Source: Octopus sinensis
Lineage: Eukaryota
Reading direction: 5' to 3'
NCBI RefSeq assembly: GCF_006345805.1
Contig: NC_043002.1
Location: 72,168,001 to 72,232,000, forward strand
DNA: 64,000 bases
Shown here: one piece after another, positions 50,187 to 63,567 of the stretch
Layout of the letters: each line of letters starts with the position of its first letter
How positions within the stretch are numbered: the stretch's first letter is position 1
Notes under the pieces: model-generated
What the model saw: only the letters and a program-made list of their open reading frames with translations
The model's database searches: none
Told to the model about the DNA's origin: nothing
Made by a program: the position numbers and the translations under genes

Positions 50187-50529
50187 ATATTTGACAAGTT
50201 ACAAGCATCACCGGCCTGGTTGATGAAATCATTATTACTGCTAATATTCTGAATAAAAGTCCCCAGTTTCGAAATAGTTTGGTACCATGTACATATCCAA
50301 GAATACAATACCTGGTGACGAGTGGAGATCGTCCGAATCGAAACAGAGTGGAGATTTGAATATCAAAATATTTTTCATGTCAAAAAATGAGTTTAATAAT
50401 CCTAAAATTTATTTGTGTCTTAACAGTAGCTCATCACAGTATAATACATATTTAAATGAAAAGTACTACATTGATATTCCGAAGACAATAATGAACGAAG
50501 TCAGTATCAAGACTATTTGAGCACTTCTC

Positions 50530-51005
50530 TTTTACTCTATTACTTATTTCAGTCATTTGACTGTGGCCATGTGGCCTTTAGTCGAGCAAATCGCCCCCAG
50601 AACTTATTCTTTGTAAGCCTAGTACTTATTCTATCGGTTTCTTTTGCCGAACCGTCAAGTTACGGGGACGTAAACACACTAGCATCGGTTGTCAAGCGAA
50701 ACTGTATGGAAGCCCTTCGGGCTTTCAATTTCCCTCTACCAAATCCATTCATAAAGCTGTGACACTTGCTCATTTTAATTAAAGAGTAAAATTCTAAATT
50801 AGGCAAACGCACAAACGTATACACACACATACATATATATACGACGGCCTTCTTTCAGTTTCCGTCTACCAAATCCATTTACAAGGATTTGATCGGCCCG
50901 AGGCTATAGTAGATGACACTTGCCCAAGGTGCGACGCAGTGGGACTGAACCCGGAACCGTATGGTTCGTAAGCAAGCTACTTACCACACAGCCACTCCTA
51001 CGCCT
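50530..51005 (-). mobile_element. Major SINE (composite, partly duplicated)
   Basis: Reverse complement of the 30655 family. Confidence 0.82.
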
Positions 51006-51344
51006 ACTATAAAGGAACATATCTAAGCAACGCAAGAAATATTCTTTCCTTAATTCTAACATTTTCCCCTCCACCACCGTTGACAGAAAGCAATAACAAC
51101 AAACCTAATTTCAAAACAAAGTTCATAGAAATCTTTTTAAAAATGTGGCGTGGAAAAATTAAGTTGATTAATAAAAAGTACAAAAGAAAATAGAGCGAAA
51201 ATAATATGTGGCACAAACCAATTTCCCGAATTTCTAAAACAATCATATGACGATAGAAAATTATTGACAAAAAACAATGATTTCAGTAGTTGTGTTCTAA
51301 ATTGTATAGTTGTTCCTATTTTATATACACACACTTCCATACGT

Positions 51345-51348
51345 TCAT

Positions 51349-51438
<90 letters not shown>

Positions 51439-51472
51439 GGATAGATAGATAGATAGATAGATAGACAGACAG

Positions 51473-51506
<34 letters not shown>

Positions 51507-51870
51507 AGTGAGAGAGAGATACATAGATAGATAGATATATAGATAGAGAGAGACAGAGAGATTGTGTGAGATAGAGTGAGAGAGAGAGATTGTGTGAGAT
51601 AGAGAGAGAGAGAGAATGTGTGAGTTAGAGAGAGAGAGAGAGAATGTGTGAGATAGAGAGAGAGTGTGAGAGAGAGAGACAGACAGACACACAGACACAC
51701 AGACACACAGACAGACAGACAGACAGACAGATAGATATGGACATATGTATGTATGTATGTATGTATGCATGTATGTATGTATGTATGTATGTATGCATGT
51801 ATGTATGTATGTATGCATGTATGTATATGTATTTGAGAAAGAAAGAAAGAAAAAGAAAGAAAGAAAGAAA
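51345..51870. repeat. Compound microsatellite (AGAT, AG, AGAC, ATGT, AAAG)
   Basis: Direct reading. Confidence 0.95.
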
Positions 51871-52629
51871 GAAAATGAAAGAAACGGGCATTACAAACAG
51901 AAAATGTGTTTTCGTTTTGGTCAGTTGTCTGCACACGATGGCATGTTTGAAAGATTCGTTTCAAACCCACTGTTGTTTACGGTCATCTTCCCTAAAGAAA
52001 TCATAGTATACATACACACGAAATATATACATACGTATAGACATATATATCTCTATATATATAAAACTGAGAATGTGTGTCTGTCTGTCTGTGTGTTTCC
52101 CTAAAACTTGAGAACTACACAACCAATTTCATCAAATTTTACACATGCCTTACTTAAGGTCCGGGGAGTGTCATCAGCAAAAGAATCTTAACTTTCTCCC
52201 TAGGGCGACCCCACAACAATATCATATCTTCTCCACTATTTCAGTATTACGTGTTAAAAGTGAAACAAAACATCTCTCTTTTGTAATGCAGACACTTTCA
52301 CTATTAAAGTGAAATTATTATATAACAGAGATGAACCATTAACAATGGTCATCCATTTTGCTAGAAGAAGATCCGCTATGGTCTGATATGCTAAACCACT
52401 GATTTTCAATTCATATTAATCAAATTAATATTCAATTTTTCACCCTTATGTGTGTGTGTGTGTGTATTAGAAATTCGTATAAAATTACATCAATGACTTG
52501 AACTTGAATAAGTGGTTTCACATAAATGGGGATCTATTAAAAAGGTTTGTTATTATTATTACTGTAATCACGTTTGTTGGTTCCTCGTCAGGGAAACGTT
52601 GTTGTGTTGCATTTGTTAAATAATTGTAA

Positions 52630-53050
52630 ACCGTAAATCCATCAAGTACGTTTGCAAATATGTAAACAAGGGTTCTGATGCTGCAATGTTTGGACTTCAA
52701 CAAGAATACTGCCAGGATGAGGTGACGCATTATCAGGTGGGACGGTACATAAGTAGCAACGAGGCTTTCTGGCGTATCTTTGGCTTTCCAATTCACCAAC
52801 GACACCACGCCATTCAACAGCTTGCAGTGCACCTGGAAAATGGTCAAAGAGTGTACTTCACCGATGCTAATGCTTCTCTGTTGGCAGAGGAACCAAGGGA
52901 TAGCACACTCACTGCATTCTTCAAGCTTTGTCAAGTGGATCCATTCGCTCAAACCTTGCTGTATCCACAGATTCCATCGTACTACACTTGGAATGGAAAA
53001 ATATGGGCCCCACGGAAAGCAGGTCAAAATGTTCATGGATACCCTGGCAT
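52630..53050 (+). pseudogene. Helitron Rep-helicase fragment
   Basis: KYVNKGSD, GRYISSNEAFWRIFGFPIH, LAVHLENGQRVYF, LTAFF, YYTWN. Confidence 0.93.
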
Positions 53051-53420
53051 TTTCAAAAATTTTGGGGGAAAATTTTCAAAAAATTTTCAAAAATTTTTGG
53101 GGAAAATTTTCAAAAAATTTTTCAAAAGTTTTTGGGAGATATTTTCAAAAATATTTTTTTAAATTATGGGGAAAATTTACAAAAAACTTTTCAAAAATTT
53201 TTGAGGAAAATTTTCAAACAATTTTTTTAAATTTTTGTGGAAAAATTTCAAAACTTTCCTCAAGAATTTTTGAAAATTTTTTTGAAAATCTGCCCCAAAA
53301 ATTTTTTTTAAATTTTTCAAAAATTTTTCGAAAGTTTGCCCCAAAATTTTTGAAAAATATTTTGAAAATTTTCCCTCAAGACTTTTCAAAAATTTTTTGA
53401 AAATTTTCCCCAAAATTTTA
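53045..53420. repeat. Homopolymer-rich minisatellite whose two halves are inverted
   Basis: ggggaaaattttcaaaaa units on the left, tttttgaaaattttcccc units on the right. Confidence 0.8.
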
Positions 53421-55019
53421 AAAGACTATATTTTATAATCATAGTATATATACTTTCTCACACAACAATTACAATATATTTATTTTAAATCATTTATTTA
53501 TTTTAAATCGTTCATCTTTCTCCCCCCTCTCTCTCACACAGATTACTTTGGGTGCGAAAGAGTTTTGTTTTTATTTTACGCCGAGTAAAAAAGTGTTTAG
53601 TTGATAATCCATTTATTTAACAACAAAGAAACAAAGAGGTGAGTAGCAATTTGTCAGTCCTTCCACCACACCCACTCCGTTTGTCGGACCACAAAAAGGG
53701 TTTTGTAGCATATTAGGAGGCCAGGATAGTTGATTCCACGCAAAAGAAAACGATTATTTTCCTCAGTGAAAATCGTGCGAGTGTTAATCTACAAATTTAA
53801 CAACATTTTCCCATTCATTTCTGTTTATGAACATATATGCATGCACAAAACATACAATAGGTGTACGTACGAACATGTGTGTTCGTGTCTGTTGCCCATA
53901 TATATTTATATTATATTATATTATATATATAATATATATAATATATATATAATATAACCAATTTCAACGGATTTTGCCCAAATTTGACGTCGATATTACT
54001 TAGTTTGGTTTGAAATAAAGAACTTGATTAGCTTAATAATCGTAACTTAATCCCTGGCAAGGCCGGGTTATACTGCTAGTTATAAATATATGTATGGAAG
54101 AGCTCCACTCTCCCGAAGTCAGGAAGAAAAGAAAAAAGAAGAATTGGACATTGCAGGTGGGAGATGATGTGCCGTCTACATGTCCCGAAGTTGTGCCACC
54201 TACGGTGTAAGAAACGACCCCCACCCTTAAAGATGATGAATTAATTATCTTTTTCTACAAGGGCGAGGAAGTGAAAAAATAGAAGAAAAACATAAAGATA
54301 CAGTAGATATGCCCTCTACACGGGATCCTGAATGGCCTCCGCAGATAGCTGTGAAGGTCATGAGGCTTTCCTTGTGGGAAAGGTTTAACGTATTTGGGGA
54401 GGAGTGTCGCATATGGCCGGGTGGCATTTACACGACTTATATGTCCTTATAGGCATGGGAAATGGCGGTATACAGGAACTCAAGCGGCATTGAAAATAAT
54501 GATGGATATATCGATGAGTAGGAGGTGAAAATGGAAGTTGTTGTTGAACTTGTTGACAAACAACAGCAGTAATTGTATTCACCTCAATAGACGTCATTGA
54601 TTGGTTGAAATTGCCGAAATACGAGAAATTAAACAAGAAATAGCTTACAAACTACAGAATTTTCTCAAGAACGCCAAGAGAAAAATATGTTTTATGTGTC
54701 ACATTCTACCAGTATACGAAGTTTAAAAGTGTTTAGTTACAAATAAATTATTTTTAAAATCTGCCGGTCAAAGTCAAAAGATCCGTTTTTCGTCCTGAGA
54801 ATGTTTCCTTACGACATAGAGTGTGAAAAAGACTGTATACCTCAAAACCAGGCCAAATGAAACGCTTACGAGTTGAACGATATTTCACGTTGTTATTTTA
54901 GTTCATCGGTGTTGTAGGCTTGATTCTTTCTCGAGGCGAACTGAAATCGATAGTCCAAAATATATACTTTGTAAAATCTATCTGCTGATATGCAACAGCG
55001 CCGCACAAATAACACAAAA

Positions 55020-56560
55020 TTTTAGATTTTGACTTAGAAGCAGCTCTATAACGTAAACATGTGTCTTATTAAGAAGCAGGCCGTGGCCCGATACAGATAG
55101 AAAGCTACTATGAAATAACAACAGTTGAACTAGCAAAGTACTTAGAAACAAAGAGTGGAAGACTACTGCATGTAATAAAGCAACATGAGAAAAATAAAAC
55201 GCTTTTCTCTACACACGAGGTAACAAAATACAAAACAGAAGCAAACTACACTGACCTAAGATGACGACATAGCAGAAATGGTCAGAGATACAAAAACAAC
55301 ATGAAAACTGAATTACAAATGATACCCTGCAGTGTTTGACCGAGAGGAAGTGAGCATAAGTAAAAACCAACAACGGCTCAAACAATTATAAAAACAAAAT
55401 AATGAAAACAGACCTCGACACTATTTGCAGAACGTGTAGCTAGCACAAACAGACAGTTGACATCATCTCAGACTGCCCAGTCCTTGTCAGTCTAAGTATA
55501 CACAAAGACACGACAATGTAAGCAGTTAAATCCACTGGACAATATGCCAGCATTACAACGTTAAAACTGACAGCAGGTGGTATAAGCATGTGCCAAGCAA
55601 GGTACGAGACAATGATCAGGCCACAATCATCCGGGATATGCCGGCTCAAACCGACAAAGAAATAAAAGCTAATCGTCGAATAGTCAAGGATTGGGGAAAA
55701 ACTCCTGCTTTACTGATAGATATTGCGGTCTCTTCTAATCAAAATATTGTCAAAAAAAGTGGAGAAATTGTCGAAGTACAAAGACCTCGAAATTGAAATA
55801 TTCAAAATATGGGGTATGAAAGTAAAAACAATACCAATAATAATTGGAGCACTGGGCATGACAAAAAAAATCATACAAACAAAAATGTAGAAGCTATACC
55901 TGGATCCTCAATACTACATACTGTCCCAAAAGCCGTTGGGCTGGCAGAAACGTTAACACGCCGGGCGAAATGCTTAGCGGTATTTCGTCTGTCTTTACGT
56001 TCTGAGTTCAAATTCCGCCGAGGTCGACTTTGCCTTTCATTCTTTCGGGGTCGATTAAATAAGTATCAATTACTCACTGGGGTCGATATAATCCGTTTGT
56101 CTGTCCTTGTTTGTCCTCTCTGTGTTTAGCCCCTTGTGGGTAGTAAAGAAATAGGTATTTCGTCTGCCGTTACTTTTTGAGTTCAAATTTCACATAGGTT
56201 GACTTTGCCTTTCATCCTTTCGGGGTCGATTAAATAAGTACCAGATGTAATTGACTTAATCCGTTTGTCTGTCCTTGTTTGTCCCCTTTATGTTTAGTTC
56301 CTTGTGGGCAATAAAGAAATGACTACATACTGTCCAAAAAGTAAGCCTACTAGGAACAGCCCACATCTTACGCAAAACAGTATCAATCCAAAATACAACC
56401 TAAACAAAACAACCCACAAATACAAGACACTCTATACAGCATTTACTCAGTGAGATAAACTCCCACCAGCAAGCAAAAAAAATTACACACTCAACACGCA
56501 ATACGAGCAGTGACACAACAAAAGAGGGCACCACACCTCAAGGAAGAATAAACTAACACA
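55020..56560 (+). mobile_element. Older family-A-like R4/Dong 3' fragment interrupted by a SINE
   Basis: GRGPIQIESYYEITT, IISDCPVL, HWTICQHY, IDIAV, KYKDLEIE, LGTAHILRKTVSI. Confidence 0.85.
55933..56321 (+). mobile_element. Dimeric tRNA-derived SINE with ~20-bp TSD
   Basis: TSD actacatactgtcc(c/a)aaaag at 55913-55932 and 56322-56341; body duplicated in tandem. Confidence 0.9.
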
Positions 56561-56703
56561 ATACAGTACCGGTAAGAATTTGCACACTCTCAACAGCAGA
56601 AAACAACGCACAATGCTGTACACACCTAGCAACACGGAAGTGTAGCAGGTGATGCAGTAGCAATTTGCCTCAATCTACCAAATATTGAACAGTTATATAA
56701 TAA

Positions 56704-57099
56704 TACTCTTTTACTTGTTTCAGTTATTTGATTGTGGCCATGCTGGAGCACCGCCTTTAGTCGAGCAAATCGACCCCAGGACATATTCTTTGTAAGCTTA
56801 GTACTTATTCTATCGGTCTCTTTTGCCGAACCTCTATTTTACGGGGACGTAAACACACCAGCATCGGTTGTCAAGCGATGTTGGGAGGGGGGGACAAAAA
56901 CAGACACATACACATATACACACACATACATATATACGACGGGCTTCTTTCACTTTCCGTCTACCAGATCCACTCACAAGGCTTTGGTCAGCCCGAGGTT
57001 ATAGCAGAAGACACTTGGCCAAGTTTCCACGCAGTGGCACTGAACACGGAACCATGTGGTTCGTAAGCAAGTTACTTACCACACAGCCACTCCTACGCC
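56704..57099 (-). mobile_element. Major SINE
   Basis: Reverse complement of the 30655 family. Confidence 0.88.
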
Positions 57100-57306
57100 T
57101 TTTCTGCTAAAAACACAAGGCCTGAAATTTGTGGGGAGCAGACTAGTCGCTTACATCAACCCCACTATTTCACTGGTACTTAATTTATCGACCCCGAAAG
57201 GATGAAAGACAAAGTCGACCTCAATGAAATTTGATCTCAAAACAGCGACGGGTGAAATACTGCTACGCATTTCATCCAGCGTGCTAACGATTCTGCCAGC
57301 TCGCCT
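57098..57306 (-). mobile_element. tRNA-derived SINE
   Basis: Reverse complement of the 38123/50008 family. Confidence 0.88.
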
Positions 57307-57320
57307 TTTTAATAATAATA

Positions 57321-57400
<80 letters not shown>

Positions 57401-57404
<4 letters not shown>

Positions 57405-57672
57405 TTGGTGTTTCGTTCAACATCCTTAAACAACCCTTATTCAGGAACCTATTGAGCGGAATGGGTTACTCGACCAGAAGAAAATTCTAACTGGGCCCCA
57501 CCTGCAAGGTCAGGTGCTGTTTATCTTGATATGAAATCACCATGTCGCTCACATATGGTTGTGATGCTTGTGCCTAGTACACCCTTATCAGACGGGTAGT
57601 CATGATGGGTGTATTGGGCTTCGTATATTTTACCCCAGTGTCACTTTGATGGCATGCACTGCTCTCTCACTC
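57401..57672 (+). mobile_element. 5'-truncated copy of the ~560-bp AAT-flanked element
   Basis: Matches 3' half of 6112-6667(-). Confidence 0.88.
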
Positions 57673-57710
<38 letters not shown>

Positions 57711-60202
57711 TGATGATGATGATGATGATGACGTCAGCATATGGGAATGAGGCTAAGGAAAGAGACAGTCTTCAACAAATTTAGAGATACTCAGAATTAA
57801 TTTCCGTATACTTGAAATTAATTTGTTATCGATGAAATTTAACGTCGACTAAAGATTATTGGGAACTGTTGATGTAGACAACAGTACATGTTATCGGAAA
57901 TTCTTAATAACATTAATCGAAGCAGAAATAAGAGTTAATCTATAAACAATGAAAGACCGCAGGCATTGTCGGTTGGATGGCAATTTTTAGACTGAAAATA
58001 TTTTTTTTTATAAATGGAAAACTATCGAATTACGAAAGAAATTAGCTATTTACATATCTCTTCTATCGCGATATTTAAGTTTTATTTGAACGATGACTGT
58101 TTTAACACAGGCAAATACATTTATAAGACAAAAGTCTTTTCACAAGGAAATGAAAAATATAAAATAAAAAAGAAAATTATAAAAAAAAAGATTGTTTCGA
58201 GATTCCTAATGACCGTGCAAATTGCAGTGAGATAATAACAGCCTCAATTCTTGCTAAATCTCAGGGAGACGATGGCTTAATGAGAGAAAGAATCAAGTTT
58301 ATGATTTTAGTGGATTATCTCTGCTTGGCGAAATAGATGTGGTTTCAAGTTGACGTTCAGTACAAGACCGCAGGTATTACTTGAGCTTTGTAGAATCACA
58401 GGAATTGGTCAAAATTCAAATATTTCCTGAGCTTGAGGAGGAAGGCCGGGTTTTTGTATGGGGTTTTTACTATGTTGTATAAGTGAAACTGTCAGGAGAT
58501 AGGATCAGCTATTATGAGACCTAACATTTGTAGAAACTTGGAGAAGTTTTTATTGTGTTTTGTCACTCACTAGAGAGTTTAACTATTGCTTCCATGATAT
58601 GAGCAGGTATTGAATCTTTCTGTTGTTAAAACAAACCAGATAAAGAAGGATGTTCAAAGTATTTCAGTGCCTACAAATAATGTGTTTATTAATATCGAAC
58701 TAGTGAAGAGACAAGTATCAGAGAAGAATTATAGGAGAGAAATTTCCGGAACATCGATTCTGTGCCTTGATTTCGATTGTCCGTTTCCGGGTACAGCCAT
58801 GTTACTTTAGTTGCTTTTCTAAATCTATTGAGAAAGGCATAAACACATAAATATTAGACAATCTTATTTCTGATCCACTGCAAATTTGAGCTTACATGCC
58901 TGTTTGTAAAACCAACAACCAACTAGTTTAGTATGCATGGCATCTTTCATTCTGACAGACAACACAGAACAATAACACTATTTTCAAAGGATACTATGTA
59001 GTTATGTTACTAATGTATACGTGAGTATGTCTATTATCATGATCTGATCTCTATAATCATTCCGAAATTTATGATGGAAGTCTACCAATGTAAATGCTGG
59101 CCTTTATTTGAAAATAGATGTTACTCTATATTTATATGGTAAAACCATCAACTTTTAAGAAATTAAGGTGATGAAATCCTGAATAATGCATAAAGCCACA
59201 GAATTCTGAATAATGCAAGAGTTAAAATTACCTCTGGGAAATAGATTAGGAAGCTTTTAGATTGTGGAGAATATGAAGAAGTTGTTGCAAATGAATATCA
59301 CTCTGGTGTTTTTTTGTTTTGTTTTTCTTTTTGGTTTTTGTTTTGTTTTGTTTTTTCTTGCAGAAATGGCTTTTACTAAATGGAAATTTAATGTGAGCTA
59401 GAAGTGTCAAATGTGTACATAAAGTCGCCGCATTTTAAATGTTCCAACAGAAGTGACAAACGCTTTAAGTAATTGCCGACGAAAATGACAAAACACTTCA
59501 AAAGTGAGTTTGTAGAAAATACGTCACTGAAAGCATCACTTCTTTGATGTATATAACCAAATAGGAATGATTATGGTGAAATCTGTCATTGATCTCAGGT
59601 GACATATATGCAATTGGAGATTATTGGTGTATTTAAATTCTATATTGCATTTAGATACGACTTTGTTGGTGTTTGTATTTTTTATATCTAGTTAAAGAGT
59701 CTGTAGCAACTGATTGAGTTACTTATTTCGAGTTTACTCAATATTGATGGGTATAAGAACAATAAATAGAGCCAGGTTGTTAACCAATTTAGAATGATAA
59801 AATTTACATTACAATTCAAGCGTAGCACCGATTTAACAAAGCTTTCGACAATATTTTAATGCTCCCTCTGCTTACGGCATTGAGCTACTGGAATCTGTGG
59901 TGCCTTCAGCAGTTTGATGGACCCGCTCATGAGAGTCAGCGTCTGCTTTTAAAACCTAAATCAGTGTTCCTCAACCTTTTTAACCCTTAAAATAAATTAC
60001 ATGTCTCAAGGAACCCCTGCACAAAAAGAATTATATACTACATCTTTCTCATACTTTTTTCATCGTAGTTCATGTGGTAAAATATGTATACATATATGTG
60101 TGTGTGTGTGTGTGCGTGTATTATACACACATATATATATATATGCATATATATATATATATATATGTGTGTGTGTATGATACATACATATACATATATA
60201 TA

Positions 60203-60275
<73 letters not shown>

Positions 60276-60282
60276 TATATAA

Positions 60283-60490
60283 AGTTAATCCAAACATGAA
60301 AACACAAAGAGAAAACACAACGCGAGGACGTGGAATAAGTATAGTGTTATAGGACGCTCAGGAAAGGAAAGAAAGAAGGAGGATTTAACGTTTCGAGCGG
60401 AGCTCTTCGTCAGAAACATAGGAAAAGGAAAGATCCAAGGAAGGGAAGACGGGGGGGAAAAATCGCCAACGATACACACGCGGTCACATA
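60283..60490 (-). mobile_element. Short hammerhead-bearing element ending in (TA)n
   Basis: Contains motif at 60383-60417; abuts (TA)n. Confidence 0.6.
60383..60417 (-). ncRNA. Minimal type-I hammerhead motif, second family, intact core
   Basis: GUUU CUGACGA A GAGC-UCC-GCUC GAAA CG UU/AAAU; palindromic AACGUU. Confidence 0.7.
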
Positions 60491-60629
60491 TTGAACGATA
60501 CACACGCGGTCACATATATTAGGGAAGTTATTTCCGAGTCCACAGAGGAGAGAAGTTCAATTTAGTGGTATTAAAATGAATTACTCACTGTATTATATAC
60601 ATTTTATATCCCTGTTTCTTTCTGTGTTC

Positions 60630-60665
60630 CTTTCTGTGGAAGAGCGTAGTCTCGAAACGTTAAAG
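60630..60665 (+). ncRNA. Degenerate hammerhead motif (core CUGUGGA)
   Basis: CUUU CUGUGGA A GAGC-GUAG-UCUC GAAA CG UU/AAAG. Confidence 0.4.
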
Positions 60666-60768
60666 ACTTTTTGACTTCTGAAGCGTTAAACTAATACATC
60701 TGTCTGTTGTCTAAACCACCTGTCTTCGTCTTTTGTTTTTGTTTTTTTGTGAATTCTCTCCATATATA

Positions 60769-60804
<36 letters not shown>

Positions 60805-60815
60805 TGTATATATAT

Positions 60816-60850
<35 letters not shown>

Positions 60851-61622
60851 TCACACACATACACATATATATATATATTCACACACATACACATATATAT
60901 ATATATATTCATCAAATCCAACAATTGTTAAGCTGTATCTGCTTCTCTTCATGTAAGTTGCCAAATGCTTTTCAGGAAGGCCTTAAACTCATACAAGCTG
61001 GCATCACAATTTCCCAATAAATCTGTAACTTTAAGCCAAAACGAAACAAAATCTATTTTTTGTGGCAGCTTTGTGATGTATTCTTGTAAAGGAGCTATTA
61101 TTATCCCGATGGCAATAGATGTGATCGTAAAATTAGTTTACGTTTATTATATGCATGTAACAAATCCATTTACGAGCTGTTTTCAGAAAAAAAAAATTTC
61201 TCTTGATTCAAATTTAGCCTTTTGTACAAACACTACAAGTTTTAAAGGTGTTTTTTGGGGGGGTTTCTGTCTTTTTTTTTTTTTTTACGAGGATTGATTG
61301 ATGATAAAGTTGCTATTTCGAATTATATATTATGACAGTTCACCACGACTAAACCTTGGATTAGGTGATTTTCAAACAAAAGGATTATTGAGGTGATCGG
61401 TTTTGTGAGTGTGTGTGCGCGCGCGCGTGTATATATTTTTTTTTTTTTTGCTCTTTCACTACTTTCATTCACTGCGCTTCTAATGTAGTGTCTCCTTGAA
61501 GGACTCTGTCTGTCGAATCGGCTGCAGTACTTATTGCTAAGTCTACTGCTTATTTTGTCGGAGTCTCTCTCCCTCTCTTCCGCTCTCTCTTTCTCTCTTT
61601 CTGTATATATATATATATATAT

Positions 61623-61701
61623 AAGAACGTTACAGTAGGAGGAACACCACCGTTGTATAGCCCTTATACAACGGTGGTGTACCCCCTACTGTCACGTTCT
61701 T
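61623..61701. repeat. 79-nt hairpin, 37-bp arms, 3 mismatches, 5-nt loop
   Basis: aagaacgttacagtaggaggaacaccaccgttgtata-gccct-tatacaacggtggtgtaccccctactgtcacgttctt. Confidence 0.92.
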
Positions 61702-61855
61702 GTTAGATTGACAGTATACAACCATTCTATCGCCCCACCACCGTACAGGTCTCTACGAGAGATTTAGAAATTCAATATTTCTTTTATATATATATTATAT
61801 ATATATATATATATATTTATTTATTTATTTATTTATTTATTTATATATATGTATG

Positions 61856-61889
<34 letters not shown>

Positions 61890-61934
61890 TGTATGTATGT
61901 ATGTATGTATGTATGTATGTATGTATTATGTATG

Positions 61935-62490
61935 TGTCAGGTCACTTTCGAGTGCTACTGGTAACATGTAACCCAGTACAACCTGTTGCATGTTCGGTTC
62001 GTTGGCGACTAAACCGGCAACCCCACCAAGCTTGCTTGGTGAGGAGGGTGTTTATTGGACACCCTGCGGGATGAAAAACAAAACCCGTCAAAGGGCGGAG
62101 GAACTCTTGAGAGTCAACGGCCATCCAGTAAATGTCTTAAGGATGTATCAGCGCGAGGACATAGAAATAATCGGACTGAATACCCGATCGCGCGGTTAAA
62201 CCATTGGGAGTGAAAGACTCCTAGCCTTTGTTAGGGCATCCTTCTGGGAGAAGGTAACTCAGGTAACTGGGATAACTCCGATATAAAACCTGCGGCTCAG
62301 TGGTTACTGATGATGTTGACTTGTTCTTCTTTTCGGATTATGGCTGCTGTTGCTTAGTGAGTGGGATTGACTCAGTGCACAGCCTTTCCTCACTTTAAAA
62401 AAACATCTTCTTGCACAGACATTGCACGATAACAACATTGATTAGGCTTCGTGCAATGGCCATAGTCGATAACGAGGGGGCAGCCACCAT
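61935..62490 (+). mobile_element. Probable non-autonomous RTE-derived element (5'UTR + 3' end) in (ATGT)n
   Basis: gggcatccttctgggagaaggtaactc resembles RTE 5'UTRs; no ORF; ATGT repeats on both sides. Confidence 0.45.
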
Positions 62491-62708
62491 TATGTATGTA
62501 TGTATGTATGTATGTATGTATGTATGTACGTATGTATGTATGTATGTATGCATGCTTGCATGTATGTATGTATGTATGTATGTATGTATATATGTATGTG
62601 TTGGGAATGTGTTTATATGGAATAGGTTGGACAAGACGAGACACGTTGGACAGAAAGTTATTGAAGAGGTCACAGGATGTGTGATGAAAGAACTGTGACA
62701 AATAAACT

Positions 62709-62767
<59 letters not shown>

Positions 62768-62769
<2 letters not shown>

Positions 62770-63288
62770 GCCTGAACGTAATACCAGGCAGTGGCTCCCA
62801 CGGCTTCTGATCTTAACTGATTGGAAGTGTTATCATGTACATTATTCTGTCTTGGTATAAAAGATGGACTACAGTAAATATTCTGTTCAGTACTACAGAT
62901 TTGTTGTTTGACCTTAACCAGTTGAGCATGTCCCTTAATGGCTGACGATATGTGCATCTCTGATCACGAGCAGAAGTAGTTGAGTAGCATGGAGTTTGGA
63001 TAATTCACCTTTGGAAACATAGGTGTTTCGTTCAACATCCTCAAGCAACTCATATTCAGGGACCTTTTTAAGCAGGATGGGCTACTCGACCCGAACAAAA
63101 TTCTAACTGGGTCCCACCTGCAAGCTCATGTGCTGTTTATTTTGATATGAGATCACCTTGTCGCGCACATATGGTTGTGATGCATGTGCCTAGTGTACCC
63201 TTATCAGACTGGTAGTCATGATGAGTATACTGGGCTTCGTATATTTTACACCAGTGTGACTTTGATGGCATGCACTGCTCTCTCACTC
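62768..63288 (+). mobile_element. Near-full copy of the ~560-bp AAT-flanked element
   Basis: Same 5' start (atgcc...taccaggcagtggctc) and 3' end as 6112-6667(-), small internal deletion. Confidence 0.88.
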
Positions 63289-63322
63289 AATAATAATAAT
63301 TATAATTATAATAATAATAATT

Positions 63323-63386
<64 letters not shown>

Positions 63387-63526
63387 AAGAAGAAGAAGAA
63401 GGAGGAGGAGGAGGAGGAGAAGAAGAGAAGAAGAAGAAGAAGAAGAAGAAGAAGAAGAAGAAGAAATAAAGATCAAGTGTTTAATTGGCAAAGGATGATC
63501 ATCCAAAACAAATACAAAAGCCTGTA

Positions 63527-63563
<37 letters not shown>

Positions 63564-63567
<4 letters not shown>

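Larger units (their letters stand above)
52050..54079 (+). mobile_element. Non-autonomous Helitron, both termini present
   Basis: A|TCTCTATATATATAAAA 5' end; 3' hairpin ccctggc-aag-gccggg then CTAG|T; internal Rep-Hel fragment. Confidence 0.88.

Noticed and set aside
52780-53413. F/K-rich ORFs
   Set aside because: Translation of the A/T homopolymer minisatellite
54130-54640. Possible LINE endonuclease relic
   Set aside because: Similarity too weak to support
58959-59392. Two small exon-like segments (58959-59020, 59364-59392)
   Set aside because: Splice signals plausible but no coherent or recognisable product
60930-61260. Possible hAT C-terminal relic (FVSFWLKV) on the minus strand
   Set aside because: Single weak motif
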